A DNA stretch of 64,000 nucleotides, taken from NCBI GenBank assembly GCA_026982555.1, contig JALSGT010000076.1:1309-65308 (forward strand), in the 5' to 3' direction. The stretch is from Chromatiales bacterium. GTDB taxonomy: Bacteria; Pseudomonadota; Gammaproteobacteria; SZUA-152. Of the stretch, positions 61,396-64,000 are shown in pieces. Positions within the stretch are counted from its first letter, which is position 1. Each line of letters begins with the position of its first letter. The notes beneath the pieces are model-generated. The model ran no database searches. It was not told where the DNA came from and saw nothing but the letters and a program-made list of their open reading frames with translations. Made by a program: the position numbers and the translations under genes.

Positions 61396-61962
61396 ATGGT
61401 TGGCAAAAAGAACATTGTATTCGGATTTTTGTTTCTGGCAAGCACGGCGGCGCTGGGACCATTGATGGTGTTGAAATATGACGATTGGGGTGTGGCTAAC
61501 GCCGAGAAGCAACAGGTGGTGGGTAAATTACAGGAACTCAGAGCCAGTGATTATGAGGAAGACCCCGAGACATTGGAGGATCTGAACGCCAAGCAATTGG
61601 CTGTTGCCAATGCTGAGGCGATTGTCAGTATGAACAAGGTGGCTGCCTACGAGTTTGGTATTGATTTCATCAAGGGTGGCCCGCATGCCCATGGTAATCT
61701 TGAGGCTTTGTTGAATATCGTGGTGGGTGTAGTACTGTGTTTTATTGCTGCGCCGCTGATGTTGAAACAGGCAGTGAGCTGGATGTTTATTGTCGGTACG
61801 TTGATGCATTCCGGTTTGCTGTATCTGGAGCGGGTGTTTATGCAGCAATGGGCAACTGTTTGGCTGGAGACCGCCATCGGCCCGGCGTTGATTTTGCTGG
61901 GGCTGGTGTTGATGGGGGCGATGGCATTTAAAGGTTTCAGGGGTGAGTGGGTACAGGACTGA
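61396..61962 (+). CDS. Hypothetical membrane protein (about 4 TM, acidic loop)
   Basis: GGAGGTGA SD 3-4 nt before the ATG. The TM segments flank an acidic helical loop. I recognise no family. Confidence 0.6.
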   Translation: MVGKKNIVFGFLFLASTAALGPLMVLKYDDWGVANAEKQQVVGKLQELRASDYEEDPETLEDLNAKQLAVANAEAIVSMNKVAAYEFGIDFIKGGPHAHGNLEALLNIVVGVVLCFIAAPLMLKQAVSWMFIVGTLMHSGLLYLERVFMQQWATVWLETAIGPALILLGLVLMGAMAFKGFRGEWVQD

Positions 61963-62007
61963 TGTGCTGATGTTAATTTACAGGTTCAAAAGGTTGATTC
62001 TATTGTC

Positions 62008-62958
62008 ATGAGAGATCTTTATCCGAAAATCAAACCCTATGCCACGCATACGCTGGCGGTGGATGAGCTTCATCAGTTGTATGTGGAGGAGAGCGGTGAG
62101 CCGGAGGGTATTCCGGTGCTGTTTGTACATGGCGGGCCAGGGGCGGGTTGTTCGCCGTATCATCGTTGTTTTTTTAATCCGGAAAAATACCGCATTATTC
62201 TTTTTGACCAGCGTGGCAGTGGTCATTCCAGGCCGCATGCCACGCTGGAGAATAATACGACGCAACATCTGGTCGCGGATATTGAGGCGATTCGTGAGCA
62301 TTTGGGTATCAAGAAGTGGTTGTTGTTCGGTGGTTCCTGGGGTTCGACGTTGAGTTTGGTGTATGCCGAAACCCATCGAGAGCGGGTGTTGGGGCTGATT
62401 TTGCGGGGTATCTTTTTGTGTCGGCCTCATGAGATAAAGTGGTTTTATCAGGAAGGTGCCAGCCATATTTTTCCGGATTATTGGGAGGAGTATCTTAAAC
62501 CTGTTCCTGAAAATGAACGTGATGATATGGTGGCGGCCTATTATCAGCGGCTCACCAGTCGCAATGAACTGCAACGCATGTCTGCTGCCAAGGCGTGGTC
62601 AAAGTGGGAGGGACGTACGTCAACGCTGCATCCCAGCAAGACGGTGGTGGATCATTTCAGTAAGCCGCATAACGCGCTGAGTCTGGCGCGTATTGAGTGT
62701 CATTATTTTACGCATGACAGTTTTCTTGAACCTGATCAGATATTACGGGATGCCAACTATCTGGCGGATATCCCCGGTGTTATCGTGCAGGGTCGTTATG
62801 ATGTGGTGTGCCCTATGCAGAGTGCCTGGGATTTGTATCATGCCTGGCCCAATGCGGTGATGCAGATTATTCCCGATGCCGGGCATTCGGCACTGGAGAC
62901 GGGAATTATCGATGCACTGGTGCGTGCCACGGATGATTTTGCGCGACGCTTGTCATGA
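62008..62958 (+). CDS. pip: Proline iminopeptidase
   Basis: HGGPG, and GGSWGSTL (nucleophile elbow) in an alpha/beta hydrolase fold. Confidence 0.93.
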   Translation: MRDLYPKIKPYATHTLAVDELHQLYVEESGEPEGIPVLFVHGGPGAGCSPYHRCFFNPEKYRIILFDQRGSGHSRPHATLENNTTQHLVADIEAIREHLGIKKWLLFGGSWGSTLSLVYAETHRERVLGLILRGIFLCRPHEIKWFYQEGASHIFPDYWEEYLKPVPENERDDMVAAYYQRLTSRNELQRMSAAKAWSKWEGRTSTLHPSKTVVDHFSKPHNALSLARIECHYFTHDSFLEPDQILRDANYLADIPGVIVQGRYDVVCPMQSAWDLYHAWPNAVMQIIPDAGHSALETGIIDALVRATDDFARRLS

Positions 62959-62968
62959 CGGGTGAAAA

Positions 62969-63406
62969 ATGATCGGTCTGTTGCAACGGGTCAGCGAGGC
63001 CAGCGTAACGGTTAATGGAGAGATAATTGGAGCCATTGAGCAGGGGTTGATGGTGCTGGTGGGGGTGGAGCGTGGCGATACCGAGGCTCAGGCTGATCGA
63101 TTGTTGCAACGGTTGTTGGGGTATCGTGTGTTTGCCGATGCCGACGATAAAATGAATCTCAGTCTGAAAGCGGTGCAGGGCGGTTTATTGCTGGTTCCCC
63201 AGTTCACGTTAGCGGCGGATACGCGAAAAGGCGCACGGCCCGGCTTTAGTTGCGCCGCGAGCCCGGAACATGGACAGCAGCTGTTTGACTACTTTCTCGC
63301 ACAGGCACAGCAGCAATATACAAACGTTGCCAGTGGTTGTTTTGGTGCAAATATGCAGGTGTCTCTTGTCAACGATGGTCCGGTGACGTTTTGGCTGCAT
63401 GTTTGA
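62969..63406 (+). CDS. dtd: D-aminoacyl-tRNA deacylase
   Basis: [13 protein letters not shown]-type motif ([10 protein letters not shown]), and NDGPVTF. Confidence 0.95.
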   Translation: MIGLLQRVSEASVTVNGEIIGAIEQGLMVLVGVERGDTEAQADRLLQRLLGYRVFADADDKMNLSLKAVQGGLLLVPQFTLAADTRKGARPGFSCAASPEHGQQLFDYFLAQAQQQYTNVASGCFGANMQVSLVNDGPVTFWLHV

Positions 63407-64000
63407 TCGCTTGCGTGCGTAGCCGGTTCAATTCTTTACCAATAGCAGCACCGGTAAATTCCTCGGTCAGTGCTTTGGCAGTGACAGCCGCTGCGGCATT
63501 GCGTGTACGGCGCAATATATCCGGTTGATCAAAATGGGCATTTTCAAATCCCGTGCGGCCTCGTGAGTCAGCTTCGCAGGCAAGAATAAACAGTTCGAAG
63601 CGTTCCGGACGACGAAAGGCATCCACAGCATTAAACAGTTTGAGCAGGGTGGCGGGTTTGAGTTCTGCGGCCCGGTGGTAGTGCAAGTGGTAGCGTGTCA
63701 CCGCCACCGCTAATTCCCGATAACTTTTGGGTATACGTAAACGTTCGCACAGTGCTTCTACCAATGGTACGCCGCGTTCTTCATGGGCGATGTGTTTCGG
63801 CCACTGGTCTTTGGGGGTGGTGCCTTTACCAAGGTCGTGTACCAGTGCGGCGAAACGGACATGGGTGTCCGTTGACAGTCGTACCGCCTGTGTCAGTACC
63901 ATCAGGGTATGTATGCCAGTGTCGATTTCCGGGTGATGTTTTTCCGGCTGGGGTACGCCGAACAGGCGTTCAATTTCCGGAAACAAAATAGCCAGTGCGC
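63369..64000 (-). CDS. cca: Multifunctional CCA-adding enzyme, C-terminal HD-domain part (5' end outside window)
   Basis: [24 protein letters not shown] domain, colinear with the C-terminal half of E. coli Cca. The frame is open to the window end. Confidence 0.92.
   Translation of the reverse strand, partial: ALAILFPEIERLFGVPQPEKHHPEIDTGIHTLMVLTQAVRLSTDTHVRFAALVHDLGKGTTPKDQWPKHIAHEERGVPLVEALCERLRIPKSYRELAVAVTRYHLHYHRAAELKPATLLKLFNAVDAFRRPERFELFILACEADSRGRTGFENAHFDQPDILRRTRNAAAAVTAKALTEEFTGAAIGKELNRLRTQAIKHAAKTSPDHR

Noticed and set aside
61978-62574. 198-aa minus-strand ORF opposite pip
   Set aside because: It is antisense to a clear proline iminopeptidase gene and has an odd R/I/T-rich composition.
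63369-63406. 38-nt convergent overlap of the dtd and cca 3' ends
   Set aside because: Short convergent overlaps are common, and both C-termini look plausible. It is not obviously regulatory.

Overview
This is a gammaproteobacterial chromosomal segment, about 50% GC by eye, with Pseudomonas/Methylococcales-like synteny. I count about 57 protein genes and one tRNA. I found no rRNA, CRISPR array, intact IS, prophage or recognisable known defence system. The backbone is housekeeping: metH (3' part), a WaaL-like/GT2 fusion in an LPS-core-type locus, ilvE-glnE, an orphan pilU, and mrcA divergent from pilMNOPQ. It continues with a lipoprotein-MFP-RND efflux operon, comM, coaBC/radC, a Hanks kinase plus PP2C phosphatase, yicC-gmk-rpoZ-spoT-ridA, three c-type cytochrome genes and recG. 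The rest is fkpA-cysQ-nudE, an HU-like gene, tsaD divergent from rpsU-yqeY-dnaG-rpoD-tRNA-Ile(CAU), ubiD, a Kef-type antiporter, xthA and pip-dtd-cca (3' part). Six things are not explained by the gene list. (1) An unnamed MITE family with CCTA(G/A)ATTCCGCAG termini and 5-bp AT-rich target duplications has two long copies, one 53-bp mini copy and degenerate fragments. (2) A 67-nt REP-like hairpin element is present twice. (3) A small basic ORF next to tRNA-Ile carries hairpins inside its reading frame, and a terminator-like hairpin sits just before its stop codon, an ArfA-like non-stop architecture; this is a hypothesis. (4) There is a decayed integron/TA remnant (vapB'-vapC'-'intI). (5) Two visibly AT-rich islets stand out: 18.6-19.6 kb (a lipoprotein plus a small protein where aroK-aroB usually follow pilQ) and 39.5-44.5 kb (a Lys-rich protein, a stand-alone FIST protein between 0.7-0.9 kb non-coding spacers, and a TPP enzyme). 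(6) Several domain-architecture oddities occur: the WaaL-GT2 fusion, PSCyt1-type cytochromes, HU with a Lys-rich tail, and a triple-AMIN PilQ. I do not see a convincing, complete, novel multi-gene system. The candidates above are ranked honestly, and all homology calls come from motif recognition by eye, not from searches.
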